DNA of 64,000 nt from Pseudomonadota bacterium (lineage in GTDB: Bacteria; Pseudomonadota; Alphaproteobacteria; Rhizobiales; Xanthobacteraceae): contig JBGFSD010000060.1 of NCBI GenBank assembly GCA_041694745.1, forward strand, positions 10,812-74,811. Reading direction: 5' to 3'. Made by a program: the position numbers and the translations under genes. Within the stretch, counting starts at the first letter, position 1, and each line of letters starts with the position of its first letter. The notes under the pieces were generated by a model. That model searched no databases, was not told the DNA's origin, and saw nothing but the letters and a program-made list of their open reading frames with translations. Positions 48,711-58,275 of the stretch are shown piece after piece.

Positions 48711-49910
48711 ATGGATCTCAATTTCACCAAGGAAGAACTCGCGTTCCGCGACGAGGTGCGCGACTTCTTCAAAAAGAACGTGCCCGCGGAAACGAAGAAG
48801 AAGCTGATCGAAGGCCGCAAGCTGGAGAAAGCCGACATCGTCGACTGGCAGCGGATTCTCAATAAAAAAGGCTGGGCAGTGTACCAGTGGCCGAAGCAGT
48901 ACGGCGGCACCGGCTGGACGCCGGTGCAGAAGTACATCTTTCTGGAAGAGTTGCAGCGCGCACCCGCGCCCGATCCGCTGCCGTTTGCGGTCAGCATGGT
49001 GGGGCCGGTGATCTACACCTTCGGCAGCGAAGAACAGAAGAAGCGTTTCCTGCCGCGCATCGCCAATCTCGACGACTGGTGGTGCCAGGGCTTCTCGGAG
49101 CCGGGTGCGGGCTCCGACCTCGCCGGGCTCTCGACGAAAGCCGTGCGCGAAGGCGATCACTGGATCATCAACGGCCAGAAAACCTGGACCACGCTCGCGC
49201 AATATGCCGACTGGATTTTCGTGCTCGCGCGCACCGACCCGAAGGCGAAGAAGCAGGAAGGCATTTCCTTCATTCTCGTCGACATGAAGACGCCGGGCAT
49301 CACCGTGCGGCCGATCCAGCTGATCGACGGCGGCAAGGAAGTGAACGAGGTCTTCTTCGACAACGTGAAGGTGCCCTACGAAAATCTCGTCGGAGAGGAG
49401 AACCGCGGCTGGGATTACGCGAAGTTCCTGCTCGGCAACGAGCGCACCGGGATTGCGCGCGTCGGTATCTCGAAGGAACGTATCCGCCGCCTGAAGGAGC
49501 TTGCCTCGGTCGAAGTCTCCGGCGGCAGGCCGATGATGGAAGACCCGCGCTTCCGCGCGAAGGTCTCCGAGATCGAGGTCGAACTGAAAGCGCTCGAAAT
49601 GACCCAGATGCGTGTCGTCGCCGCCGAGGGAAAGCGCCGCGACAACAAGCCGGATCCCGCCTCCTCGATCCTGAAGATCAAGGGCTCGGAGATCCAGCAG
49701 AACATCACCAATTTGCTGATGGAAGTGGTCGGGCCGTTCGCGCTGCCCTTTGCGGGCGAGGACGAGGCGGGCTCGAAGGAAATTCCGGTCGCGCCCGACT
49801 ACGCCGGGCCGCTCGCGCCGATCTATTTCAATTACCGCAAGGTTTCGATCTACGGCGGGTCGAACGAGATTCAGAAGAACATCATCGCAAAAGCGATCCT
49901 CGGTCTCTGA
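48711..49910 (+). CDS. acyl-CoA dehydrogenase
   Basis: ATG at 48711 (MDLNFTKEELAFRDEVRDFF...), 399 aa, with a C-terminal IYGGSNEIQKNIIAK catalytic-base context. Confidence 0.85.
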   Translation: MDLNFTKEELAFRDEVRDFFKKNVPAETKKKLIEGRKLEKADIVDWQRILNKKGWAVYQWPKQYGGTGWTPVQKYIFLEELQRAPAPDPLPFAVSMVGPVIYTFGSEEQKKRFLPRIANLDDWWCQGFSEPGAGSDLAGLSTKAVREGDHWIINGQKTWTTLAQYADWIFVLARTDPKAKKQEGISFILVDMKTPGITVRPIQLIDGGKEVNEVFFDNVKVPYENLVGEENRGWDYAKFLLGNERTGIARVGISKERIRRLKELASVEVSGGRPMMEDPRFRAKVSEIEVELKALEMTQMRVVAAEGKRRDNKPDPASSILKIKGSEIQQNITNLLMEVVGPFALPFAGEDEAGSKEIPVAPDYAGPLAPIYFNYRKVSIYGGSNEIQKNIIAKAILGL

Positions 49911-49942
49911 GGCCGCGGCGGAAGAAGAAGAAAGACAAGCGT

Positions 49943-51094
49943 ATGGATTTCGAGTTTTCCGAAGAGCAGCAACTTCTCAAGGACAGCATCGAGGGGCTGC
50001 TTACCGACAAATACGGCTTCGAACAGCGCAAGAAGATTCTCGATGGCGCGGACGGCTGGAGCCGCGAGATCTGGAAGCAATATGCCGAGCTCGGCATTCT
50101 CGGCCTGCCGTTCGCCGAAGAGCATGGCGGTATCGGCGGCGGCCCGGTCGAGACCATGATCGTGATGGAACAGATCGGCAAGGCGCTCGCGCTCGAGCCC
50201 TATCTGCCGACGGTCGTGCTCGCGGGCGGCTTCCTCCGCCGCTTCGGCACCGACGCACAGAAGAACAAGTACCTGCCGCAGATCGCCGAAGGCAAGATCA
50301 CCGGCGCGTTTGCGCATACCGAGCGCCAGTCGCGCTACGACCTGTTCGACGTGAAGACCACCGCGAAACCTTCCGGCAACGGATTTGCGCTCGACGGCCA
50401 GAAGAGCGTGGTGCTGAACGGCGATCAGGCGGATTTCGTCGTCGTCACTGCGCGCGTTTCCGGCAACCCGCGCGACCGCGACGGTCTCGGCCTGTTCATC
50501 GTCGATGCAAAGGCACCCGGTGTGACGCGCCGCGGCTATCGCACGGTCGACGGGCTCACCGCCGCCGAGATCCAGCTATCCGGCGTCAAGGTTGACGCAG
50601 ATCAAGCGATCGGCAAGCCGGGCGCGGCATATCCTCTGATCGAGCAGGTCGTGGACGACGGCATCGCGGCGCTGTGCGGCGAGGCGGTCGGCGTGCTCGC
50701 CGCGCTCACGGAAGCGACCACCGACTATCTGCGCACGCGCAAGCAGTTCGGCGTCAACATCGGTTCGTTTCAGGTGCTTCAGCATCGCAACGTGGAAATG
50801 CTGATCGCAGCAGAACAGGCGAAAAGCATGGCGTTTCTTGCCACCATGATGGTCAACGAGAAGGACGCCGTCGCACGCCGCAAGACGATTTCGGCGGCAA
50901 AGACTCAAATCGGCCGCTCGGCGCAATTCGTCGGCGAGCAGGCGATCCAGCTCCACGGCGGCATCGGCATGACCATGGAATTGAAAGTGGGCCACTGGTT
51001 CAAGCGCGCGACCGCGATCGACATCCAGTTCGGCGACGCCGATTATCACCTCGAACAATTCGGAAATATGGGCGGGTTTGAAACCGCGGCCTAA
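49943..51094 (+). CDS. acyl-CoA dehydrogenase family protein (likely partner subunit of the preceding one)
   Basis: ATG at 49943 ([20 protein letters not shown]...), 383 aa with an ACAD fold ([14 protein letters not shown]). Confidence 0.8.
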   Translation: MDFEFSEEQQLLKDSIEGLLTDKYGFEQRKKILDGADGWSREIWKQYAELGILGLPFAEEHGGIGGGPVETMIVMEQIGKALALEPYLPTVVLAGGFLRRFGTDAQKNKYLPQIAEGKITGAFAHTERQSRYDLFDVKTTAKPSGNGFALDGQKSVVLNGDQADFVVVTARVSGNPRDRDGLGLFIVDAKAPGVTRRGYRTVDGLTAAEIQLSGVKVDADQAIGKPGAAYPLIEQVVDDGIAALCGEAVGVLAALTEATTDYLRTRKQFGVNIGSFQVLQHRNVEMLIAAEQAKSMAFLATMMVNEKDAVARRKTISAAKTQIGRSAQFVGEQAIQLHGGIGMTMELKVGHWFKRATAIDIQFGDADYHLEQFGNMGGFETAA

Positions 51095-51107
51095 GGGAGA
51101 GAGAAAA

Positions 51108-52334
<1,227 letters not shown>

Positions 52335-52356
52335 TCGCAAGTCTCTAGTAACTCAA

Positions 52357-52544
52357 ACTCGTCATGGCCGGGCTCGTCCCGGCCATCTCGATTCCTGCGC
52401 CGCCTCCCCCTTGTCATCACCGGACGGCCGCGTCCCGCGCAAATCTGGAACTCGTCCTGGCCGGACTCGTCACGGCCATCCACGCCTTAGTGAATTGCAA
52501 CGCGGAAAGGCGTGGATGCCCGGCATAAAGCCGGGCATGACGAG
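52357..52544. repeat. two adjacent REP-like units of the 12389/22995 family
   Basis: ACTCGTCATGGCCGGGCTCGTCCCGGCCATC..., then ACTCGTCCTGGCCGGACTCGTCACGGCCATCCACGCC...GGCGTGGATGCCCGGCATAAAGCCGGGCATGACGAG. Confidence 0.7.
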
Positions 52545-52571
52545 AATAATTCGCAGCCTCACAAAATATTC

Positions 52572-52600
52572 TTGACTCATTCGATTCCTATGATTATATT
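52572..52600 (+). promoter_or_regulatory. near-consensus sigma70-type promoter TTGACT-17 nt-TATATT whose -10 is the IS target site
   Basis: TTGACT is at 52572-52577 and TATATT at 52595-52600. The 8-bp target duplication ATTATATT (52593-52600) overlaps the -10 element. Confidence 0.45.
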
Positions 52601-52757
52601 CGCAGTTATATACTTGACATAGCCACTACCGATTCGTAGTAGGCACGCGACAGGCCGGCGTGCGCGAAATGTCCCGTATATGGCTGCCAACCATAGAAAG
52701 GTTGGCCCATGTCGGGCGAATATTTCCGAGAGCCGACAGAAGAAGAAAAAGCGCTTC

Positions 52758-53426
52758 TTACTCCGCAGGCCCTGTCTGCGGGGGTGTCGGCATATTCGGA
52801 GTTTGTGGGGACAATGGCTCCAGAACTTTTAGTGACTCAAATTGTTCTGGCAGTCGTTCGAGTATCCAAGGATGAAACTCAGGCTTTAGGGGCCACGCCC
52901 AACCCGCCGTCTCGATCTGACAGCGGAAAATAATTCGTACCAGATCGCGCCCGTAGTTGCCGACCATCAGAATATCGTCTGCGATTTTGCGGAGTCTGTC
53001 GCGGTCAACAAAGTATTCGTTGAACTTATGTGGCGTGTCCTTCTTGGGCTTTTGAAGTTTGAGGTGGAAGGTGGTTTCGTTGCCGCTCTCCAGTTTCACG
53101 AGCGTAACAATTGAGTGCATCACAATATTTCGATTGTTGTAGGCTTGGCTGAAAGTCTTGGTGAAATGATTGAGCGCTCCAGCAAGCGGCTCAAATGATA
53201 TTTTGTTTTCGACAAAGCTATTGAAGGTGGCGATTCTCACCTCATTGTTGGCCTTACTGAAAACTATGGCCCCGGTCTTTTCGTCATCGAACCACGTTAG
53301 AAAAAGCGTCCGCAGAATATGCTCCATATAGTTGAACTGGAGCGCTATCATGCCTATTGCGTGGATCAATTCCTGGTGGCTGGTGCTATAGCTGCCATGC
53401 CAACTTTCAAGCTCGGGTTCGCTCAT
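52758..53426 (-). CDS. IS passenger protein A, hypothetical, with a HEPN-like RNxxxH motif
   Basis: I prefer the internal ATG (MSEPELESWHGSYSTSHQELIH..., 222 aa; coordinate derived from the track frame, +/-1). It looks all-helical, with AYNNRNIVMHS at residues 96-106, which fits the Rx4-6H HEPN signature. There is no clear SD and the N-terminus is uncertain. Confidence 0.5.
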   Translation of the reverse strand: MSEPELESWHGSYSTSHQELIHAIGMIALQFNYMEHILRTLFLTWFDDEKTGAIVFSKANNEVRIATFNSFVENKISFEPLAGALNHFTKTFSQAYNNRNIVMHSIVTLVKLESGNETTFHLKLQKPKKDTPHKFNEYFVDRDRLRKIADDILMVGNYGRDLVRIIFRCQIETAGWAWPLKPEFHPWILERLPEQFESLKVLEPLSPQTPNMPTPPQTGPAE

Positions 53427-53586
53427 GGTTAAAGAGACTCGCTCGAAAAAAGAGACTGAAAAGGTACGGGACGCAGCGCTATTGCGAGCGCTAATGAGCC
53501 CGCCCGCGCCCCACCAGCCTACCGCCAAAAAGAAGGTGAGTCGCAAGAAGAAAAAGGCTAAAGTCCTCAGAGGGGGATAGCGCTGG

Positions 53587-54366
53587 ATGGCTGACGCAGA
53601 TCGCGGCGGGATTAGATTCGAACTTAAGAATTCCAAGCCTGTTGATCTGCTCGATCTAACGACGGCACTTTCTGCTTTTGGCGATGCATATCAGGATTAC
53701 GTTGTCCGGTCCGGGTTCGACGGGGATCGGGGAAACGTTCGTCTTTATGTTCAAGAAATAAGAACCGGCTCCATCATCGCCCAGCTTTCGCAGTTGGCCG
53801 ATCAAGCATCGTTTGTGCTCGATCATATTGAGGTGGCCGCTGGCTTCATCTCCAATTTGAACGACGTGCTACAATACTTTCTGGGGCTTCCGAAGCCAGC
53901 CTCAGCCGAGGCTCCCACGAAGCGTCAGGCGCAACAGGCCATGGCAATTATGGAGCCTGTAGCAAAAGACAATGCTTCACAGCTGTTTTTGAACGTAAAC
54001 GTGCAGGGTGACGTACACTATCACCAACATATTTACACCTCGCAACAGGCCAATGCGATTCAGAATAGCGCTCGTCGCTATCTCGGGCCTCAATTGCCAA
54101 CGTCCCAGACCCTGCGCGATCAGTTGCTAACACTGTTCCAGGTTCGAATAGCAAAGGAAAAGGTTGGCTATAGGGGCGTTATTCAAACGGTGTCCTCGCG
54201 CCCCGTAATGCTGACGTGGGCGAGCGACGAGGTGAAGCAACAGATTATCGACTACCCAGAGAACCCGCTTCACAAGGTTTTCTTGGTTGATGTTGATATG
54301 ACGGCAGTGGACGGGAAACCGAGTCTATATCGCGTCCTTGATGTTAAGGACGTTTCCGACCGCTGA
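53587..54366 (+). CDS. IS passenger protein B, hypothetical (259 aa), divergent from passenger A
   Basis: The ATG is preceded by GAGGGGGA. I recognise no domain. Codon usage is AT-richer than in host genes. Confidence 0.5.
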   Translation: MADADRGGIRFELKNSKPVDLLDLTTALSAFGDAYQDYVVRSGFDGDRGNVRLYVQEIRTGSIIAQLSQLADQASFVLDHIEVAAGFISNLNDVLQYFLGLPKPASAEAPTKRQAQQAMAIMEPVAKDNASQLFLNVNVQGDVHYHQHIYTSQQANAIQNSARRYLGPQLPTSQTLRDQLLTLFQVRIAKEKVGYRGVIQTVSSRPVMLTWASDEVKQQIIDYPENPLHKVFLVDVDMTAVDGKPSLYRVLDVKDVSDR

Positions 54367-54410
54367 ACTTTCGCCAGCGCGCAAATCTAAGCGCGTTCTG
54401 CCTTCTGCAC

Positions 54411-55355
54411 TTAATTGCTACCAACTTGTCGATACGTGAGGCGCTTACCTTCAGCACCCTGAAGGGCAGTTACCGCACGTTCTCCATCGGTCACGCCGAG
54501 AGCGGAGCGGTTGTTGTAGCGAAATTCAAATTCGGTGAGGTAACGCTGTAGGTGCTGCTCCGAGCAGAACCCATAGACGCCCTTCATGCCTTTTTTGAAA
54601 TTGCCAAAGAAGTTTTCAACGTGGTTCGTGGTCTGGCCGTCTTTGCCGACATACTCACCACGACCGTTCCAGCCGTGGTGTACGGTTTTGTGATCGGCAA
54701 ACTCTTTGCCGGTCTGGACGTACAGACGGCTTTCGTCCGTATGCAATTCGCTATCACGCGAAGCATTGGTAACAAGAATGTTGCGGACGGTTTCGGCGTT
54801 CGCGGTCTTAACGTGGAACACGCGGGCTTTGCCCTTCGGTTCGACAAGAGCAACGATTGAGCGCTTGTGGCGATGGCCTTTCTTGTAGGACTTAGCCCGC
54901 TTGGAGTTGCCGTAATAGGTTTCGTCGGCCTGTACGATCTTGCCCTTGCCGCCTAGCGGGTCAGAGCCAGCCATACCCGGTTTCATGGCCTCACGGATGC
55001 GGTGAGCCATAAACCACGCGGTCTTGTAGGTAATGCCAAGCTGGCGATGCAGCTGGTGAGCGCTGATACCGCGCTTGCTGGATGCCATGAGGTGGAAGCC
55101 AAGCATCCACTTGGTCAGCGGAATTTTAGAGCGCTCAAAAACGCTGCCAACAGTCACAGTGAAGTGCTGGCGGCATGAATTGCACTGGAACAGACCCGGA
55201 CGGTGAGACTTACCTTCAAGGCGCTTGAGATTAGCGCCATCGGCCTCACCGCAATGCGGGCAGTAAGGACCGTTCGGCCAGCGGATGCCTTCGAGGTGCT
55301 CCCGCGCCTTGTTTTCATCGGTGAAGATCGGGTTGGTCAGTGCTGCGCTTGTCAT
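54411..55355 (-). CDS. IS1595 family transposase
   Basis: 314 aa with an N-terminal zinc ribbon CPHCG...CNSCRQHFTVTVGSVFE and an ISXO2-like DDE domain (VQADETYYG...). The start is 49 nt from the right inverted repeat. Confidence 0.9.
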   Translation of the reverse strand: MTSAALTNPIFTDENKAREHLEGIRWPNGPYCPHCGEADGANLKRLEGKSHRPGLFQCNSCRQHFTVTVGSVFERSKIPLTKWMLGFHLMASSKRGISAHQLHRQLGITYKTAWFMAHRIREAMKPGMAGSDPLGGKGKIVQADETYYGNSKRAKSYKKGHRHKRSIVALVEPKGKARVFHVKTANAETVRNILVTNASRDSELHTDESRLYVQTGKEFADHKTVHHGWNGRGEYVGKDGQTTNHVENFFGNFKKGMKGVYGFCSEQHLQRYLTEFEFRYNNRSALGVTDGERAVTALQGAEGKRLTYRQVGSN

Positions 55356-55924
55356 AGCGATTTTATACCCTCGGAAGGGTGGCTATGTCAAGTATATAAC
55401 TGCGATTATATTCCTATTCATTCCGGCCCATTAAGGGGCACGTCGCGCGGCGTGTTCGATGTGCGGGCCGGAAGCGGTGGCTGCGTGCAAGGCGTAACGC
55501 ACTTTGCGCGCAGCGGCTGAAGTTGCATGGTTCCGGCGAGCCTGCCGCTCGTCACAGGGCCTTTCTTGGCGGCTTTGCCTGGAACGCGTGCCAACGCAAG
55601 TACGGCAAGGCAGAGAAGGCCCGCCAGCGGAGGATAGATCGGTAAGTCCTCCGGGGATCATGCGAAGCAGGCCGTAACCCATCGCGCGCGGGACGCCGGA
55701 AGTGCTCCGGCTTTCGCGGTGACGACAACTCATCTGCACTTTCTCTCCTTTCGTGCAGATGGCCGTGGAGGACGGTAAATCCTCCGGCGTCCCCGCCGCC
55801 CTTAGCGCGCTTGGCACTTACGCCATTCGCGCAAATAGAAGGCGGCGCGAGCAAAACTCGGTGCTAAATGCGCGCGAGAAGGATTTACGCTGTTTGAAAA
55901 ACGAACCAGGAAACAACCGTGGCG

Positions 55925-56692
55925 CTACGGGGCGATCGTGACACCGCCGTCGACCACGATCACCTCGCCGGTGATGTAGCTCGCGGCCGGCGACGCCAGG
56001 AACGCGGCGACGCCGCCGATCTCGTGCGGCTCGCCGATGCGCTTAAGCGGCGTCTTGGTCTCGCGGTCCTTGCGCAGCTGCTCGTTCTCCCACAGCGCTC
56101 TTGCAAAATCGGTCTTGATCAGGCCGGGCGCGATGCAGTTCACGCGGATGTTCTTGTGGCCCCACTCCTGCGCATAGTTGCGCGCGAGCGCGAAATCGGC
56201 CGCTTTCGAGATGCCGTAGGTGCCGATCATCGGCGAGGCGCGCAGGCCCCCGATCGAAGACACGATGATGATCGCGCCGCCGCCCTGCTTCGCCATGTCG
56301 GGGATCGTGAGATTGCATAACCACACGTTGCTCTTCACGTTCGAGCCCATGATCTTGTCGAACGCCTCGTCGGAGATTTCGCTCATCGGGCCGAAGGCCG
56401 GATTGACCGCCGCATTGCAGACCAGAATGTCGATGCGGCCGTATTTCTCCTTGGTGCCTTTGACCAGCGCCTCGACCTCGTTCTTGCGCGAGATGTTGCA
56501 GGGGATGACATGCGCTTCGCCGCCGTCGGCGCGGATCGCCTTCGCGACCTCCTCGCAGGCATCCGCTTTGCGGCTGGACACGACGACCTTCGCGCCGAGC
56601 CCAGCCATGGTCTCCGCGATCGAGCGGCCGATGCCGCGGCTCGAACCCGTAATCAGCGCTACCTTGCCCGCGATGTCGAATGGCGATTTCAT
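55925..56692 (-). CDS. SDR family oxidoreductase
   Basis: Probable ATG at 56692 (MKSPFDIAGKVALITGSSRGIG), with the catalytic YGISKAA and an RBS GGAGG upstream. Confidence 0.85.
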   Translation of the reverse strand: MKSPFDIAGKVALITGSSRGIGRSIAETMAGLGAKVVVSSRKADACEEVAKAIRADGGEAHVIPCNISRKNEVEALVKGTKEKYGRIDILVCNAAVNPAFGPMSEISDEAFDKIMGSNVKSNVWLCNLTIPDMAKQGGGAIIIVSSIGGLRASPMIGTYGISKAADFALARNYAQEWGHKNIRVNCIAPGLIKTDFARALWENEQLRKDRETKTPLKRIGEPHEIGGVAAFLASPAASYITGEVIVVDGGVTIAP

Positions 56693-56842
56693 TCTCCGTT
56701 CCTCCATTGTCGCGGGATTCAATCAGTTTCGGTACGCTTGTCCACTTGCTTGGACCGCGTGCCGCACGGCAGAAGGTTGTGATGGCGCGGCTTCGCCGGT
56801 ACTGTCCGGCACGGCGAAAGCGCTTTCGGGGGAGGGGTTGGA

Positions 56843-58261
56843 ATGCGCAACCTGCGTAACGGTTTTTGCGTGGCTGCGCTCGGCCTCGGTTTCATGGTAA
56901 CGAACCCGGCCCAGGCTGCCGCCGCCGAGATCAACGGCGCCACGCTCGGGCTGGTCTGGGCGCTGCCGTTTGCCGGCATTCTGCTTTCGATCGCGCTGTT
57001 TCCCCTGCTCGCGCATCATTTCTGGGAGCATCACTTCGGGAAGATTTCCGCGTTCTGGGCTGTGCTGGTCCTGGTACCGCTGGCGCTGGTCTATGGCGTG
57101 ACGCCGGCAATTCACGCGCTCTCGCACACGGCCTTTCTCGAATACATCCCATTTATCCTCTTGTTGCTTGCGCTGTTCACGGTCGCAGGCGGTATCGTGA
57201 TCTCGGGCAACCTGCACGGCTCGCCCGCGACCAACACCGCGATTCTGGCCATCGGGACGGTGCTCGCGAGCATCATCGGCACCACCGGTGCCTCGATGGT
57301 GCTGATCCGTCCGATCATGCGGGCGAACGACGACCGCAAGCACAATGTGCATGTGATTGTCTTCTTCATCTTTCTCGTTTCCAACATCGGCGGCTCGCTC
57401 TCGCCGCTCGGCGATCCTCCGCTGTTTCTGGGCTTTCTGCGCGGCGTCGATTTCTTCTGGACCACCACGCATTTGCTTCCGGAAACCATGTTCTGCGCGG
57501 GCGTGCTGCTCGCCGGGTTTTTCGTGCTCGACACGATCATTTACCGGCGCGAAGGCCATCTGCCGAAAGACCCGACGCCGGACCGGGCGATCGGGATCAA
57601 GGGCGGCATCAATTTCGTGCTGATCTTCGTGATCATCGGCGCTATCCTGCTCAGCGCACGGCTGAAGCTCGGTACCGTCACCATCCTCGGCACCGAAGTC
57701 GCGATCCAGAACATCCTGCGCGATCTCACCATGGTCGCCGTCACGCTGGTCTCGCTTTGGCTCACGCCGAAGTCGAGCCACAAGGCGAACGGATTTTCCT
57801 GGGGACCGATTCAGGAGGTCGCGAAACTCTTCGCCGGCATCTTCATCACGATCATCCCGGTGCTCGCGATGCTGCAGGCCGGCCGCAACGGCGCGTTCGC
57901 GCCGCTCGTGGCACTCGTCTCGAACCCCGACGGCAGCCCGAACAACGTCGCCTATTTCTGGCTCACCGGAATCCTGTCGTCGTTCCTCGACAACGCGCCG
58001 ACCTATCTCGTGTTCTTCGAGCTGGCCGGCGGCGACCCGCAGCACTTGATGACCAAGGGCGCGCTGACGCTGACCGCGATTTCGGCAGGCGCGGTGTTCA
58101 TGGGCGCCAACACCTATATCGGCAACGCGCCGAACTTCATGGTCTATGCGATCGCGCGCAACGGCGGCGTGAAGATGCCGAGCTTCTTCGGCTACATGAT
58201 CTGGTCGTGCTGCATCCTCGTGCCGCTGTTCGTCGTCGCGACGTTCCTGTTCTTCCGCTGA
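56843..58261 (+). CDS. ion transporter superfamily permease (sodium:proton antiporter / CitMHS-ArsB-like)
   Basis: 472 aa, about 12 TM segments. The N-terminal signal-like segment and motif SNIGGSLSPLGDPPLFLGF are typical of proteins annotated as sodium:proton antiporter. The substrate is unknown. Confidence 0.7.
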   Translation: MRNLRNGFCVAALGLGFMVTNPAQAAAAEINGATLGLVWALPFAGILLSIALFPLLAHHFWEHHFGKISAFWAVLVLVPLALVYGVTPAIHALSHTAFLEYIPFILLLLALFTVAGGIVISGNLHGSPATNTAILAIGTVLASIIGTTGASMVLIRPIMRANDDRKHNVHVIVFFIFLVSNIGGSLSPLGDPPLFLGFLRGVDFFWTTTHLLPETMFCAGVLLAGFFVLDTIIYRREGHLPKDPTPDRAIGIKGGINFVLIFVIIGAILLSARLKLGTVTILGTEVAIQNILRDLTMVAVTLVSLWLTPKSSHKANGFSWGPIQEVAKLFAGIFITIIPVLAMLQAGRNGAFAPLVALVSNPDGSPNNVAYFWLTGILSSFLDNAPTYLVFFELAGGDPQHLMTKGALTLTAISAGAVFMGANTYIGNAPNFMVYAIARNGGVKMPSFFGYMIWSCCILVPLFVVATFLFFR

Positions 58262-58275
58262 TCAGGGCCGCATAA

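Larger units (their letters stand above)
52601..55404 (-). mobile_element. IS1595-family insertion element (2804 bp) carrying two passenger ORFs
   Basis: Perfect 26-bp terminal inverted repeats: CGCAGTTATATACTTGACATAGCCAC (52601-52626) and its reverse complement (55379-55404). They are flanked by the direct repeat ATTATATT (52593-52600 and 55405-55412). The transposase gene is at the right end. The interior is visibly AT-richer than the flanks. Confidence 0.85.

Noticed and set aside
52709-52933. A 74-aa plus-strand ORF (MSGEYFREPTEEEKALLTPQ...) just inside the left IS end, downstream of the intact host promoter copy.
   Set aside because: It overlaps the 3' end of passenger A antisense for 176 nt, has only a weak RBS, and has no recognisable motif. 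Either it or the C-terminal tail of passenger A could be real, and sequence alone cannot decide.
52758-53636. The full 292-aa version of IS passenger A, starting at a TTG (53636), with a hydrophobic N-terminal segment LAFFFLRLTFFLAVGWWGAGGLI.
   Set aside because: The extension overlaps the start and RBS of the divergent passenger B by about 50 nt. It has no RBS and runs through what looks like the shared promoter region. I prefer the internal ATG, but a membrane-anchored longer form cannot be excluded.
55431-55817. A 128-aa minus-strand ORF, with an attractive AAGGAGAG RBS before an internal GTG/ATG at about 55735, in the region right of the IS.
   Set aside because: The translation (…SCRHRESRSTSGVPRAMGYGLLRMIPGG…CRTCVGTRSRQSRQERPCDERQARR…) is Arg/Ser/Cys-rich and unlike a folded protein. 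Its third-position GC is far below that of neighbouring genes. I keep the region as unexplained non-coding sequence.
55413-55924. Possible tmRNA, SRP RNA, RNase P RNA or tRNA downstream of the split promoter.
   Set aside because: I could not find the conserved cores. There is no ANDN-type tag reading frame, no GGTTCGA T-loop with a matching stem, no GGAAG...AGCA SRP domain IV motif (only a loose CCGGAAGCGG), and no GAGGAAAGUCC P4 motif. An Rfam scan would be needed to settle it.
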